The notes beneath the pieces are model-generated. The model was not told the DNA's origin and did not search any database. It saw only the letters and a list, made by a program, of their open reading frames with translations. Shown here in pieces: positions 17,522-26,967 of a DNA stretch of 64,000 nucleotides. Made by a program: the position numbers and the translations under genes. This DNA is from Candidatus Acidiferrales bacterium. GTDB lineage: Bacteria; Acidobacteriota; Terriglobia; Acidiferrales; UBA7541. Positions within the stretch are counted from its first letter, which is position 1. The number at the start of each line of letters is the position of its first letter. The DNA lies in assembly GCA_035934015.1 (NCBI GenBank), contig DASYYH010000007.1:1750-65749 (forward strand), written 5' to 3'.

Positions 17522-18304
17522 CTATTGCGCGATGGTTATGGTTACTCCGCCAGCCGCGGTGGATAACTGTGAAAGTACATCGGTGAGTGTACCCTTTGCT
17601 GTGAGTGTAAAGTGCTGCGCAGGAGTGCCGACGACGTCAAATGCGTACCCGGTGATGCGGCTGAGCTTATCTAGGACGACCGGTAGACCTGCGTTTTCGT
17701 GTACACAGAGCGATAAGGTACGCGTCAGGGGCGTGGGCTGAACTTCTCGCACGGCTGCTTGCGGGCGATCACCTATCGCTTGGGCGGGAACGCCCAGCAC
17801 GGAGCTTAGGCTGTTATTTGCGGCGGTCTGGGGGCTTGGCTCTACGACGCCCAGTCTGACTCCTGTCAAACCGGAAAGCCTCGCAAGCGCTTGCCAAGGT
17901 GTCGTGTTGATGCTGAATGGAAGGACCTCGTCGCTTCCGGACAGAATCACGATCTTTGGCATTAGCGCGGTGCTCGCCGATAATGCGGCGACTGCTGAAT
18001 TGACGGTCATGCCTGCCGGGAGAGCAACAGTTGGTGCAAAGATACAATCGCAGGTGCATCCGCCGCCATCGCTGCAGACACAAGCACAGCATCCTCCCTT
18101 GCATGAGCAGGAGCACGGTCCACTGCCAGTGCTACCACTGCAACTACAGTCTCCTGAGGATTGTTTCTGTAGCGGGGCTGACATGCTCGGGGCATTTGAT
18201 TTCGCGACTTGTGCAGTTTGTGCGAGGGCTGGAGCCGCGCTGATTAACAACAATAGCACTGTAAGTGATGACCAACATCGAGGAAACGCGCGTACCGGAT
18301 TCAT
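17522..18304 (-). CDS. Sec-exported protein with a metallothionein-like 12-Cys cluster and two STN-like repeats
   Basis: SD aaggagg lies 7 nt before ATG 18304. Signal peptide ends ...LLLLISAAPALAQ. Cluster DCSCSGSTGSGPCSCSCKGGCCACVCSDGGGCTCDC is at 18044-18151. The C-terminal repeats resemble secretin/TonB short N-terminal domains by pattern only. Confidence 0.7.
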   Translation of the reverse strand: MNPVRAFPRCWSSLTVLLLLISAAPALAQTAQVAKSNAPSMSAPLQKQSSGDCSCSGSTGSGPCSCSCKGGCCACVCSDGGGCTCDCIFAPTVALPAGMTVNSAVAALSASTALMPKIVILSGSDEVLPFSINTTPWQALARLSGLTGVRLGVVEPSPQTAANNSLSSVLGVPAQAIGDRPQAAVREVQPTPLTRTLSLCVHENAGLPVVLDKLSRITGYAFDVVGTPAQHFTLTAKGTLTDVLSQLSTAAGGVTITIAQ

Positions 18305-18358
18305 AGAGGTTCCTCCTTGAGGTCGAGCTAGCGTCAACAAGCTCGAAAATTAGAGTAA

Positions 18359-18386
18359 ATGATACCCCCCCTTCTGCCAGAGTCAA
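18359..18386 (-). promoter_or_regulatory. Putative sigma70-type promoter of the Cys-cluster gene, with a G7 tract in the spacer
   Basis: The minus strand reads TTGACT-N16-TATCAT. The spacer is ctggcagaaggggggg (plus-strand C7 at 18365-18371). Confidence 0.4.
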
Positions 18387-18554
18387 TTAAGTGGGGAGTA
18401 CACGAAACGGCCCTGCGCGAATTAGGGAGATTATGGCACGAGCACACGTACTAGGGAAGTCTAGGGACACACACGAGTACACGTACTTGCGCGGTGTGAA
18501 TGGGTGTGATAGCGTTCTGCGATTGCGGCCGATTCCGCGCCGCGCGAGTGTCCA

Positions 18555-19193
18555 TTGCCAGCGGAAGTCCTGAAAATTTCAATTGAAGCTCCCGAGCCGC
18601 ACATCATCCACTACGCTGCGAGTCTCATCCAGCGCGGCCGAGTGGTTGGCATTCCCACGGATACGTTCTATGGACTCTCCGCCGATCCGTATAATCTGGC
18701 GGCGATTCAGGAAGTGTTTCGCGTCAAGGGGCGCGCGGAAACGAAGGCGCTGCCGATCCTGATAAATTCCGTGGAGCAGGCGGTGACGCTCGCCCGGGAT
18801 CTGCCTGACAGTTTCTTGAAATTGGCGCACAAATTCTGGCCAGGCGCGCTGACGATTGTCGTCGAGGCCACGCACCGGTTGCCGCTCAAGGTAACGGGAA
18901 ACAGCGGACGCGTGGCCCTGCGCTGGCCGAAGTCGCATGTCGCGTGCGAGCTCGTGGAAGCATCGGGCGGGCCTCTGACAGGGACGAGCGCGAATCTTTC
19001 CGGATTCCCTGCGTGCAGCAGCGCAGCGCAGCTTGTGAAGCAGCTTGGCGATCGCTTGCCGCTGATCCTCGATGGAGGCGATACGGGCGGGACGCTGGCA
19101 TCGACGATTGTCGCGCTGCGGGGTGCGGATTGGTCCATCATCCGCGAAGGAGCGGTGCCGGAAGCAGAAGTCCGCAAAGCAATTGAAGCTTAG
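18555..19193 (+). CDS. tsaC: L-threonylcarbamoyladenylate synthase (YrdC/TsaC domain)
   Basis: IPTDTFYGLSADP, KGRAETKALPIL, KFWPGALTIVV and TSANLSG. TTG start. Confidence 0.85.
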   Translation: MPAEVLKISIEAPEPHIIHYAASLIQRGRVVGIPTDTFYGLSADPYNLAAIQEVFRVKGRAETKALPILINSVEQAVTLARDLPDSFLKLAHKFWPGALTIVVEATHRLPLKVTGNSGRVALRWPKSHVACELVEASGGPLTGTSANLSGFPACSSAAQLVKQLGDRLPLILDGGDTGGTLASTIVALRGADWSIIREGAVPEAEVRKAIEA

Positions 19194-19217
19194 GATTTCG
19201 CGCAGGATGCCCTGCGA

Positions 19218-20762
19218 TCAAGGAAGGATCGCGTGCTCGAGGAAGTCGAAATCGCCGCCGGGGGAGAGTTGGATGTTGGTAAGACGACGGCGATGGACAC
19301 AGATGTTGTCGTAGAACCAGAGGTTGATGTACGGCTCGTCGTCGGCGACGATTTGCTGAATCTGGTCAAGGATTGCCTTCCGTTTCGCGCGGTCTGTGGT
19401 GACGCGCGCCACTCCGAGTAATACATCCAACTGTGGATTGTGGTAATGGCCGCGATTCGCACCCTCGGGCGGAAATTTGTCGCTGCCGAAGACGTACTCG
19501 AAAACGTCCGGGTCGAGATTCGCGCCGACCCATCGCAGCGTGTAAAGCTGAAAACTGCCGCGCGTAATGTCGGCATAGAACGTGGCGAATTCGAGCGAGC
19601 GCAAATCGAGTTGCACGCCGATGTGGCGCCATTGATCCTGAAGAGCTGCTGCGAGGATTCGCGTGGATTCATCCGTGGAAGTTTTCATTTCCAGATGAAA
19701 GCGAATGCCGTCGGGGCCACGGGGTAATCCGGCGGCATCGAGCAAGGCATTCGCACGCGCGGGATCGTAGTCGTAATGCGTGACGTTGCCATCGTAGGCC
19801 CAGTGATTCGGAGGCAAGATGCTTTCGGCGGGCCGCGCGAGGCCGCGAATCAAATAGCGAATGAGAGTGTCGCGGTCAGTCGCATAAGCGAGCGCTTGGC
19901 GAACGCGGCGATGCCGGAGGATGGGGTCTTCGCAGTTGAAGGAAATATACGCGAGCATCGTGCCGGGAGCGCGAGCAACTTCCAAATTCAAGTCCCGGCC
20001 GAGGGCGTTGACCATATCCGGCGTGAGCGAATTGGATTCGAGGTCGCCAGAGCCTTTACGCAGTTCGAGCGCGCGAACGAGTGCATCGGGAACGATGCGA
20101 AAGCGAACGCGCTCGAGCGTGGGTGCGCCGCCGAAATAGTCCGGATTGCGTTCGAGCACAATATCTTCGTCCGTGGTCATGCTCGCAAAGCGAAACGGTC
20201 CGGTGCCGATGGGATGCTGTGCGAAATCCGGGCCGGCATCATGAGGCACGACGCCGGCAGCCTGACGAATAAGATTCAGCGGAAACGACGCATAAGGCGC
20301 GCGGAGGCGGAAGATGACCGTCCAAGGATCGGGCGCGGAGATGGAATCGACGAGCTGAAAAGCGCCGCGTTTAGGAGTGCGAATGGCTCCGGAAATGATG
20401 GAATCGAACGTGAATTTGACGTCGGCGGACGTTAGCAACTGGCCATTCGAGAAATGAACGCCGCGGCGGAGATGGAAGATGTAGGTTTGTGCGTCGGGCA
20501 TGCTCCAGGTTTCGGCGAGATCGGGAGCGAGGTCGAGATGATCGTCGCGCTGCAGAAGACTATCGAAGAGAAGATAGTCAACGTGCTCGGAGAAAGCGTC
20601 CGTTCCGATGCGCGGATCGAGATTCGTGGGCATGGATTCGAGGAGAAAGTTAACTGTGTTCGCGCCGGCGGACGAGCGGGCGGAAGAGCAACCATTCAGA
20701 AAAACTAGGATCGGGAAAAGCAGCGCCGTGGGAATCACGCGCAAGCTAGTGCGGACGCGCAT
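19218..20762 (-). CDS. ABC-transporter substrate-binding lipoprotein, family 5 (peptide/nickel type)
   Basis: Lipoprotein signal [27 protein letters not shown]. Family-5 core (LLESMPTNLDP..., ...YISFN..., ...WFYD...). The start is trimmed to 20762; the longer ORF would run through anmK. Confidence 0.8.
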   Translation of the reverse strand: MRVRTSLRVIPTALLFPILVFLNGCSSARSSAGANTVNFLLESMPTNLDPRIGTDAFSEHVDYLLFDSLLQRDDHLDLAPDLAETWSMPDAQTYIFHLRRGVHFSNGQLLTSADVKFTFDSIISGAIRTPKRGAFQLVDSISAPDPWTVIFRLRAPYASFPLNLIRQAAGVVPHDAGPDFAQHPIGTGPFRFASMTTDEDIVLERNPDYFGGAPTLERVRFRIVPDALVRALELRKGSGDLESNSLTPDMVNALGRDLNLEVARAPGTMLAYISFNCEDPILRHRRVRQALAYATDRDTLIRYLIRGLARPAESILPPNHWAYDGNVTHYDYDPARANALLDAAGLPRGPDGIRFHLEMKTSTDESTRILAAALQDQWRHIGVQLDLRSLEFATFYADITRGSFQLYTLRWVGANLDPDVFEYVFGSDKFPPEGANRGHYHNPQLDVLLGVARVTTDRAKRKAILDQIQQIVADDEPYINLWFYDNICVHRRRLTNIQLSPGGDFDFLEHAILP

Positions 20763-21933
20763 AGCAAATTTTCCCCAGAATGGCCGAATGCTGCGCGCCG
20801 GTTGCGCTTGGCAGATTATTCGCGTTCTGACGCCAGGCTTCGTAGGCGAGTACAGCGAAGGCGTAGGCCTCCTTCGCGTCGCCGGGAACGCCGAGAGCTT
20901 CTGCCGGGATGATTTTGAGCGAGGGCAAGAGAGCGCAGAGATAAGCAATAAGCAGCGGGTTGCGCGCGCCGCCGCCGGAGACAATAAGTTGCCTGACGTG
21001 AGTGCGCGGAAAGATGAAGCGCTTGAACGCCTGCGCAATCGATGCGGCGGTGAATACCGTCGCTGTGTGAAGGAGATCGGCAGAGCGAATGTGGTTGCGC
21101 TTGGCCGCGCTCAATAGCTTTTCCACGTAAATCGCACCAAATTCTTCGCGGCCCGCGGTTTTCGGCGGACGCTTGGAGAAAAACGGGTGCGCAAGCCACT
21201 GTTTCAGGAATCCCGGTAGCAAGCGGCCTGTGCGTGCGAGCTGGGAATCCCGGTCAAAATGCAAGCGGCCACGCGTGAAATGCGCGGCCAGTGCGTCGAG
21301 GATCATATTGCCCGGCCCAGTGTCGAAGGCGAAAACGTCTTGCGGGCGCGCACCGGCCGGAATCGCTGTGACATTGGCGATGCCGCCGATATTGAGCGCC
21401 ACGCGGCCTCTGTGCGGATGGCGATAAAGCAGATAGTCGACGAACGGCACGAGCGGCGCGCCTTGGCCGCCGGCGGCAATGTCGGCAGGGCGAAAATCAG
21501 CAATTGCGGTGATGCCGGTGCGCTCGGCGATGATGGCGGGTTCGCCAATCTGAAGTGTGGAGGAGACGCGAGCGCCGAGAAATGCGCCGGGCGCGCCTTG
21601 ATGAAAGATAGTCTGTCCGTGAGAACCAATGAGCGCGACGCTTCGAGGCGAGATGCGGAAGCGGTGGCAGGCGCGTAAAGCGGCGGCAGCAAACAATTCG
21701 CCCAGGCGAAAGTTCAGCTGACTGATTTCGCGTGTCGTCGTAGGAGCGCCGCTGGATACGCGCAAGACGGCTTCGCGAACAGCTGCGGGGTAGGGAAACG
21801 CGGCGAAATGCTTGAGGCGCGCCCGGGGCGCGGCCGGCCCTCCGGAGATGCCGACAAGCGCGACATCGATGCCATCGGCGGACGTGCCGGACATCAAGCC
21901 GAGAACAAGGATTTCGCGCGAGCGCCGAGTCAC
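20746..21933 (-). CDS. anmK: Anhydro-N-acetylmuramic acid kinase
   Basis: [25 protein letters not shown] and GGGARNPLL. The start overlaps the mutS stop by 4 nt. Confidence 0.9.
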   Translation of the reverse strand: MTRRSREILVLGLMSGTSADGIDVALVGISGGPAAPRARLKHFAAFPYPAAVREAVLRVSSGAPTTTREISQLNFRLGELFAAAALRACHRFRISPRSVALIGSHGQTIFHQGAPGAFLGARVSSTLQIGEPAIIAERTGITAIADFRPADIAAGGQGAPLVPFVDYLLYRHPHRGRVALNIGGIANVTAIPAGARPQDVFAFDTGPGNMILDALAAHFTRGRLHFDRDSQLARTGRLLPGFLKQWLAHPFFSKRPPKTAGREEFGAIYVEKLLSAAKRNHIRSADLLHTATVFTAASIAQAFKRFIFPRTHVRQLIVSGGGARNPLLIAYLCALLPSLKIIPAEALGVPGDAKEAYAFAVLAYEAWRQNANNLPSATGAQHSAILGKICYARPH

Positions 21934-24629
21934 GAGAGCCGCTTCTTGAGCGCCGCGAGGAGATTGAGCGCTTCGAGGGGTTTCAAATTATCGAGATCGG
22001 CAGAGCGCAGCGCGTCGAGCACGGTTTGGTCGGCAGCCGTGAACATGAGCGGTTGCGCTGGCGCCGAGCCGGGGGAAAGTTCTTCGGTGAGTTGATGCTC
22101 GCTCTTTTCGTGCTCGGCGAGGACTTCGCGAGCGCGTTGAATGACGCTCGCAGGAAGACCTGCCAAGCGAGCGACTTCGATGCCATAGCTTTTGTCGGCC
22201 GTTCCGGGTTCGACGCGACGAAGAAAAATAATTTCGCTTCCGGCCTCTCGCACAGAAACGTGGACGTTCTTAATGCCGGGGAAAAGGCGCTCGAGTTCGG
22301 TCAGCTCATGGTAGTGCGTGGCAAAGAGCGTGCGCGGGCGCGCATTTTCGTGCAGATGCTCGACGACGGCCCAGGCAATCGACAGGCCGTCGAAGGTTGC
22401 CGTGCCGCGGCCGACTTCGTCGAGAAGAACAAGGCTTCCCGGAGTAGCGGTATTCAAAATGGCCGCAACTTCGCTCATTTCCACGAGGAACGTGGAACGG
22501 CCGCGCGCGAGATTATCGGACGCGCCAATGCGCGTGAAGATGCGATCGACGAGCGGGAGTCGAGCCTCGACCGCGGGAACAAACGAGCCGATTTGCGCCA
22601 TGACGATGATGAGTGCGGCCTGCCGAAGATACGTCGACTTGCCGCCCATGTTTGGACCGGTGATCAGCAGGATGGGCTGTGTCGCGTCGTCGAGATAGAG
22701 GTCATTGGGGACGAAGCGTTCGCCGCGCTGTTCGAGAAGGGTCTCGATCACGGGATGACGGCCTCCGGCGATGAACAGTTCGCCGCGTCCCGCGCCCGAG
22801 TGTGCATGGCCGGATTCGCCTTCCGTGAAAGACGGGCGCGAATAGTTACGCTCCGCAGCCAAGCGCGCAAAATTGGCGAGCACATCGAGCTGAGCAATTG
22901 CCGCCGACGTTTGGCGCAGGCGCGGCGCTTGCGCGGCGATGGTTTCGCGAATTTCGCGGTACAGGCGGCGTTCGATCTCAATGATGCGCCCATCGGCCGC
23001 GAGCACCTTGCGTTCGTAATCTTTCAGCTCCGGCGAAGTGAAGCGTTCGGCGTTGACGAGGGTTTGCTTGCGCTCATAGTCGGCAGGCGCTAGCTGAAGA
23101 TTGGCCTTGGAAATCTCGATGTAATAGCCGAAGACACTGTTGAAACGAATCTTGAGCGAGCCGATGCCTGTTCTCTGGCGTTCGCGCTCCTCCATCGCGG
23201 CAATCACTTGCTTCGAGGACTTGCTCAAGTCGCGCAGTTCATCGAGTTCCGCATCGTAACCGCGGCGAATCATGCCGGGTTCGGCCGGCTGCGCGGGAGG
23301 ATCATCGGCAATCGCACCGGCAATGAGGTCACGAACATCCACGAGTTCATCGAGCTGGACACATAACGCCGCGAGACGCTCGCTCTTGCAACGTGAGAGA
23401 AAGCCACGAAGAAGCGGAACGGCCGTCAGGGAACGCCTGAGCGCGAGAAGATCGCGAGGCGTCGCTGTCCCGAGCGTGACACGGCTGGTGAGACGTTCGA
23501 GGTCGAAGATATTTTCGAGGTCGCGGCGGATCTCGTCGCGGACCACGGTTGCAGATTTCAGCTCGGCGACGGCGTCGAGACGGGCTTGAATGTCCTCTAA
23601 AGAAATCGCTGGCCGGAGAATCCAAGAACGCAGCAAACGCGCGCCCATGCCAGTTGCGGTTCCATCAAGGGACGCGAGAAGTGTGGCCGAGTCGTCATCT
23701 CCGGCGCTGGGTTGGATGAGTTCGAGATTGCGCACTGTGACGTGATCGAGAATAAGCGCGTCCTGCTGCTCGTAGTAAATGATGCGGTCGAGATGCTCCA
23801 GCCCGCGACCGGCGGGACGGAGTTGCATCGTCGCTGTGCCATTGCTGGAATCGGTTGCGCCAATCGCCGATGTTTCGCGCAGGTAGTGCAGCAGGCCGCC
23901 CGCCGCGCCAATAGCTTCCGCGTGGCCCGACAGACCGAAACCATCGAGGGAAGCCACGCGAAATTGTTGCTCGAGCAGACGCTGAGAATAGGATTTCTCA
24001 AAAACCCATTCGTCGAGTCGCGTCTCGGTGGCGCCCAGACCGCCTATTGCAGCGCCGGTGGCTGGTGAAAAGAGTGTCGCTGGCTGTGCGAGCAGGATTT
24101 CTCGCGGACGAAGGATTTCGAGTTCGTTACGCAGACGAAGCTCAGCGTCGATGCCTATGAATTCTGTCGCACGAAATTCGCCAGTCGAGAAATCGACAAA
24201 GGCCAGGCCAATCGTTTCGCTGCTCCCGTTGCGCGCGACTGCCGCGAGAAAATTGTTTTCGCGGGTTTCGAGAATGGATGAACCTGCAGCCGTGCCGGGA
24301 GTCAACACGCGGATCACTTCGCGGCGGACGATTTTCCTGGTCTGCGAGGGATCTTCCATCTGTTCGCAGATGGCCAGCTTGTGGCCGGCGCGAATCAGAC
24401 GCGCGATGTAGTTCTCTGCCGCATGGTACGGGACGCCGCACATCGGAACGGCCTGGCCTTTCTCCTTATTACGAGACGTGAGCGTGATTTGGAGCTCGCG
24501 CGAGGCGGTAACGGCGTCGTCATAGAAAAGCTCATAGAAATCGCCCAAACGGAAGAGCAGCAACGCACTGGGATGCTGGCGCTTGATGGAGTGATATTGC
24601 CGCATGAGCGGCGTCGTCGGTTCATTCAT
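21930..24629 (-). CDS. mutS: DNA mismatch repair protein MutS
   Basis: [11 protein letters not shown] mismatch-binding N-terminus, Walker [12 protein letters not shown], and [17 protein letters not shown] 24629 is preferred. Confidence 0.95.
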   Translation of the reverse strand: MNEPTTPLMRQYHSIKRQHPSALLLFRLGDFYELFYDDAVTASRELQITLTSRNKEKGQAVPMCGVPYHAAENYIARLIRAGHKLAICEQMEDPSQTRKIVRREVIRVLTPGTAAGSSILETRENNFLAAVARNGSSETIGLAFVDFSTGEFRATEFIGIDAELRLRNELEILRPREILLAQPATLFSPATGAAIGGLGATETRLDEWVFEKSYSQRLLEQQFRVASLDGFGLSGHAEAIGAAGGLLHYLRETSAIGATDSSNGTATMQLRPAGRGLEHLDRIIYYEQQDALILDHVTVRNLELIQPSAGDDDSATLLASLDGTATGMGARLLRSWILRPAISLEDIQARLDAVAELKSATVVRDEIRRDLENIFDLERLTSRVTLGTATPRDLLALRRSLTAVPLLRGFLSRCKSERLAALCVQLDELVDVRDLIAGAIADDPPAQPAEPGMIRRGYDAELDELRDLSKSSKQVIAAMEERERQRTGIGSLKIRFNSVFGYYIEISKANLQLAPADYERKQTLVNAERFTSPELKDYERKVLAADGRIIEIERRLYREIRETIAAQAPRLRQTSAAIAQLDVLANFARLAAERNYSRPSFTEGESGHAHSGAGRGELFIAGGRHPVIETLLEQRGERFVPNDLYLDDATQPILLITGPNMGGKSTYLRQAALIIVMAQIGSFVPAVEARLPLVDRIFTRIGASDNLARGRSTFLVEMSEVAAILNTATPGSLVLLDEVGRGTATFDGLSIAWAVVEHLHENARPRTLFATHYHELTELERLFPGIKNVHVSVREAGSEIIFLRRVEPGTADKSYGIEVARLAGLPASVIQRAREVLAEHEKSEHQLTEELSPGSAPAQPLMFTAADQTVLDALRSADLDNLKPLEALNLLAALKKRLS

Positions 24630-24761
24630 GCTGGCGCCATCGGGGTTGCAAACGAAAACGATTATCGCGGGTGCGAGAGGGTTTGGCAACATCAGGGAAG
24701 GAGAAGTTAACCATGAAGATGTTTCGTCAAAACAGGAACCGCGTATACTCTGATTTCAACG

Positions 24762-25376
24762 ATGAAGGCAAAGCACGAAATCGAGATCAAACTGCGCGTC
24801 GACGACCTGCGCGAGGTGCTCAGAACCCTTCGTCGGCTCGGAGCAAAATGCCTGGGCACCTTGCACGAGCGGAATACGCTTTTCGATACCAAGGAGCGCG
24901 ATTTCCAGCGGCAGGGCTCCATTCTGCGCATTCGCCAGGAACGCCCGGCGAGTTTGCCTGGTAAAACTCGCAGACGGACGCGAGGGTTCGAATCGGGAGA
25001 AGGGCTGCTGACGTTTAAGGGATTGGTGACTGGCCAGCGTGGGGGAAAATATAAGCTGCGTGAGGAAATCGAGCATCGCACCGCGAGGGTATCCCGGCTG
25101 CGGCGGATTCTCAGAAAACTGGGCCTTCGACCATGGTTCCGATATGAAAAGTATCGTACGCGATACCGCCTGAGGGCTTTTCCGGGGCTGGAAGTGGACC
25201 TCGACGAGACTCCGATAGGTCTCTTTCTGGAGCTGGAGGGGCCGAAGCGAGCTATTGACCGCGCCGCAAAGAAGCTTGGCTACAGCAAGTCCGACTATGT
25301 GGTCGACTCCTACCTTGAACTCTACGGCTCCGATTGCCTGATGCAAGGACGCAAACTGGGCAACATGGTGTTCTAA
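24762..25376 (+). CDS. CYTH-domain protein (class IV adenylate cyclase / triphosphatase fold)
   Basis: N-terminal EIEIKLRV (ExExK) signature and alternating charged beta-strand pattern. Confidence 0.75.
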   Translation: MKAKHEIEIKLRVDDLREVLRTLRRLGAKCLGTLHERNTLFDTKERDFQRQGSILRIRQERPASLPGKTRRRTRGFESGEGLLTFKGLVTGQRGGKYKLREEIEHRTARVSRLRRILRKLGLRPWFRYEKYRTRYRLRAFPGLEVDLDETPIGLFLELEGPKRAIDRAAKKLGYSKSDYVVDSYLELYGSDCLMQGRKLGNMVF

Positions 25377-25410
25377 CCGTAAAAATCTCGTGAAGAATTG
25401 CACTCTTTTC

Positions 25411-25439
25411 TTGACAAAGTTCGCAACTGCACTTAACAA
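25411..25439 (+). promoter_or_regulatory. Putative sigma70-type promoter of the sensor/transporter operon
   Basis: TTGACA (25411-25416), 17-nt spacer, TAACAA (25434-25439). Confidence 0.4.
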
Positions 25440-25449
25440 GGAACTGGAA

Positions 25450-25716
25450 GTGGAGAACGAAGAAATGGAGTCTTCCTCTAATCCGGAGCCTGGGGGTCGA
25501 TACCTGCCTGAGCCAAGAATCGGGGCTTGGGTAGGGATTGTTATGGGTTGCACGTCCGGCAAGATGCCGGAAGGGCAGTTCGGTACTCAGGAGGGCCAAG
25601 CCGGCCAGGGCTGAGTTTGCGGGGTATTATCGCGCCCGTGGTCGGAAACGAGTCCGGCCGCGGGTATTTTTTTGTCTGGACATGGAGTGATTAGGCCGGG
25701 TCAAGCAGGGAAGGAG
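25450..25716 (+). promoter_or_regulatory. Long structured 5' leader (candidate riboswitch/attenuator, class unassigned)
   Basis: About 265 nt are non-coding between the putative promoter and the start codon. Local helices are CCAAG/CUUGG (25513-25530) and CCGGC/GCCGG (25556-25570). The leader ends in an intrinsic terminator. Confidence 0.5.
25635..25673 (+). terminator. Intrinsic terminator inside the leader
   Basis: 11-bp stem CCCGUGGUCGG / CCGGCCGCGGG (two G-U pairs), 8-nt loop, then U-A-U7 (T run 25667-25673). It lies 44 nt upstream of ATG 25717. Confidence 0.75.
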
Positions 25717-26967
25717 ATGGCGATGCTGCACGCGACGGAATTATTTGGGGCCGAGGCCTACGACGCCCGGGGAAACTTTGTCGGCCGGGTAAAGGAGTTT
25801 TATGTCGAACCGGCCGAGCATGGCAATCGCATCAGCCGAATTCTGCTCTCCCGAGGGAAGTATCAGCCGCTCGTTGCCAAGCATGACCAGATTGGATTTG
25901 TGGCCCCGGGGACATTGCGCCTGACTGTCGAAGAAGGGGAACTCGAGCACTTCCGGCCAAATGACGCTTGGCTGGCGGTGCGAAAGGATCTGCTGGATCA
26001 GCAAATTATCGACACGCGAGGGCGGAAGGTAGTGCGCGTGAACGATCTCGACATGACTGAGCAGCGAACTAACGGCAACGTCGAGCTGCGAATTACGGGC
26101 GTTGATGTGGGGCTTACGGGGGCTGCAGGCAGATTGCTGCAGGGTATTGCCACACCAGCCATGATTCGGCGTGTCCAGGCAAAGTTGCCGACGCGGCTGA
26201 TCCCTTGGGAGTTCTGCAACCTCATAGAGCCCGACCCGCTCCGGCGCGTAAAGCTGCGGCTGAGGAGCGACAAATTGGCACACATGCATCCGGCGGATCT
26301 TGCGGAGCTGATGGAGGAATTGTCGCCGGACGAGCGGAGGTCCATCATCGATTCGCTGGATGAAGAATCGGCCGCTGAGGTCATCGCAGAGTTGGATAAA
26401 CGCCTTAAGACTCAGGTAGTCGAAACGCTTGATCCAGGAAGGGCTGCGGATATTCTCGAAGAAATGCCACCGGACGATGCCGCAGATGTCCTGGCGGAAC
26501 TCTCGCCAGAAACCTCGCGTGAGGTGCTGCGCGAGATGCCCCGGCGCGAGGCGGCTGAGGTGCGCGGGCTACTTCAATTTGAAGAGAACACAGCCGGCGG
26601 GATGATGACGACGGAAATTGTCGAAGTCGGCGAAGACGCGACGCGAGGAGAAGTTGTCGACTACATACGCTTTCATGAGGTTGTGCTGGACCAACTCGAC
26701 AGCGTCATCGTAATCAACCGGGAGGCCGCGTTTGCGGGCACGGTCTCCGTAGCGAGGCTGCTTCTTGCCGCGCCAGAGCAGCGTATGGCGGAGCTTTTGG
26801 GTGAGTCGCGCATTTCGGTGGGCGCGACGGTCGAGGACAAGGAAGTCTTTGAAACGTTCGATAAGTATAACCTGCGCAGCTTGACCGTCGTGGACGTGGA
26901 GAATCACCCCATCGGCGCAATTGCGGTTGACGACATTGTGAGCAGAATGCACGCAAAGCTGGGATAG
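25717..26967 (+). CDS. Soluble PRC-barrel + MgtE N-domain + CBS-pair protein (MgtE cytoplasmic sensor module without a pore domain)
   Basis: SD ggaaggag abuts ATG 25717 (a second in-frame ATG is at 25723). Acidic helical repeats ADLAELMEELSPDE, AAEVIAELD, AADILEEMPPDDAADVLAEL and AAEVRGLL. CBS pair (GGMMTTEIVEV..., ...LRSLTVVDVENHPIGAIAVDDIV). No hydrophobic helices. Confidence 0.8.
   Translation: MAMLHATELFGAEAYDARGNFVGRVKEFYVEPAEHGNRISRILLSRGKYQPLVAKHDQIGFVAPGTLRLTVEEGELEHFRPNDAWLAVRKDLLDQQIIDTRGRKVVRVNDLDMTEQRTNGNVELRITGVDVGLTGAAGRLLQGIATPAMIRRVQAKLPTRLIPWEFCNLIEPDPLRRVKLRLRSDKLAHMHPADLAELMEELSPDERRSIIDSLDEESAAEVIAELDKRLKTQVVETLDPGRAADILEEMPPDDAADVLAELSPETSREVLREMPRREAAEVRGLLQFEENTAGGMMTTEIVEVGEDATRGEVVDYIRFHEVVLDQLDSVIVINREAAFAGTVSVARLLLAAPEQRMAELLGESRISVGATVEDKEVFETFDKYNLRSLTVVDVENHPIGAIAVDDIVSRMHAKLG

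Noticed and set aside
25390-25614. 74-aa ORF inside the leader upstream of the sensor/transporter operon
   Set aside because: It has no SD and an odd composition, and it overlaps the predicted promoter and RNA helices. The region is better explained as a non-coding regulatory leader.
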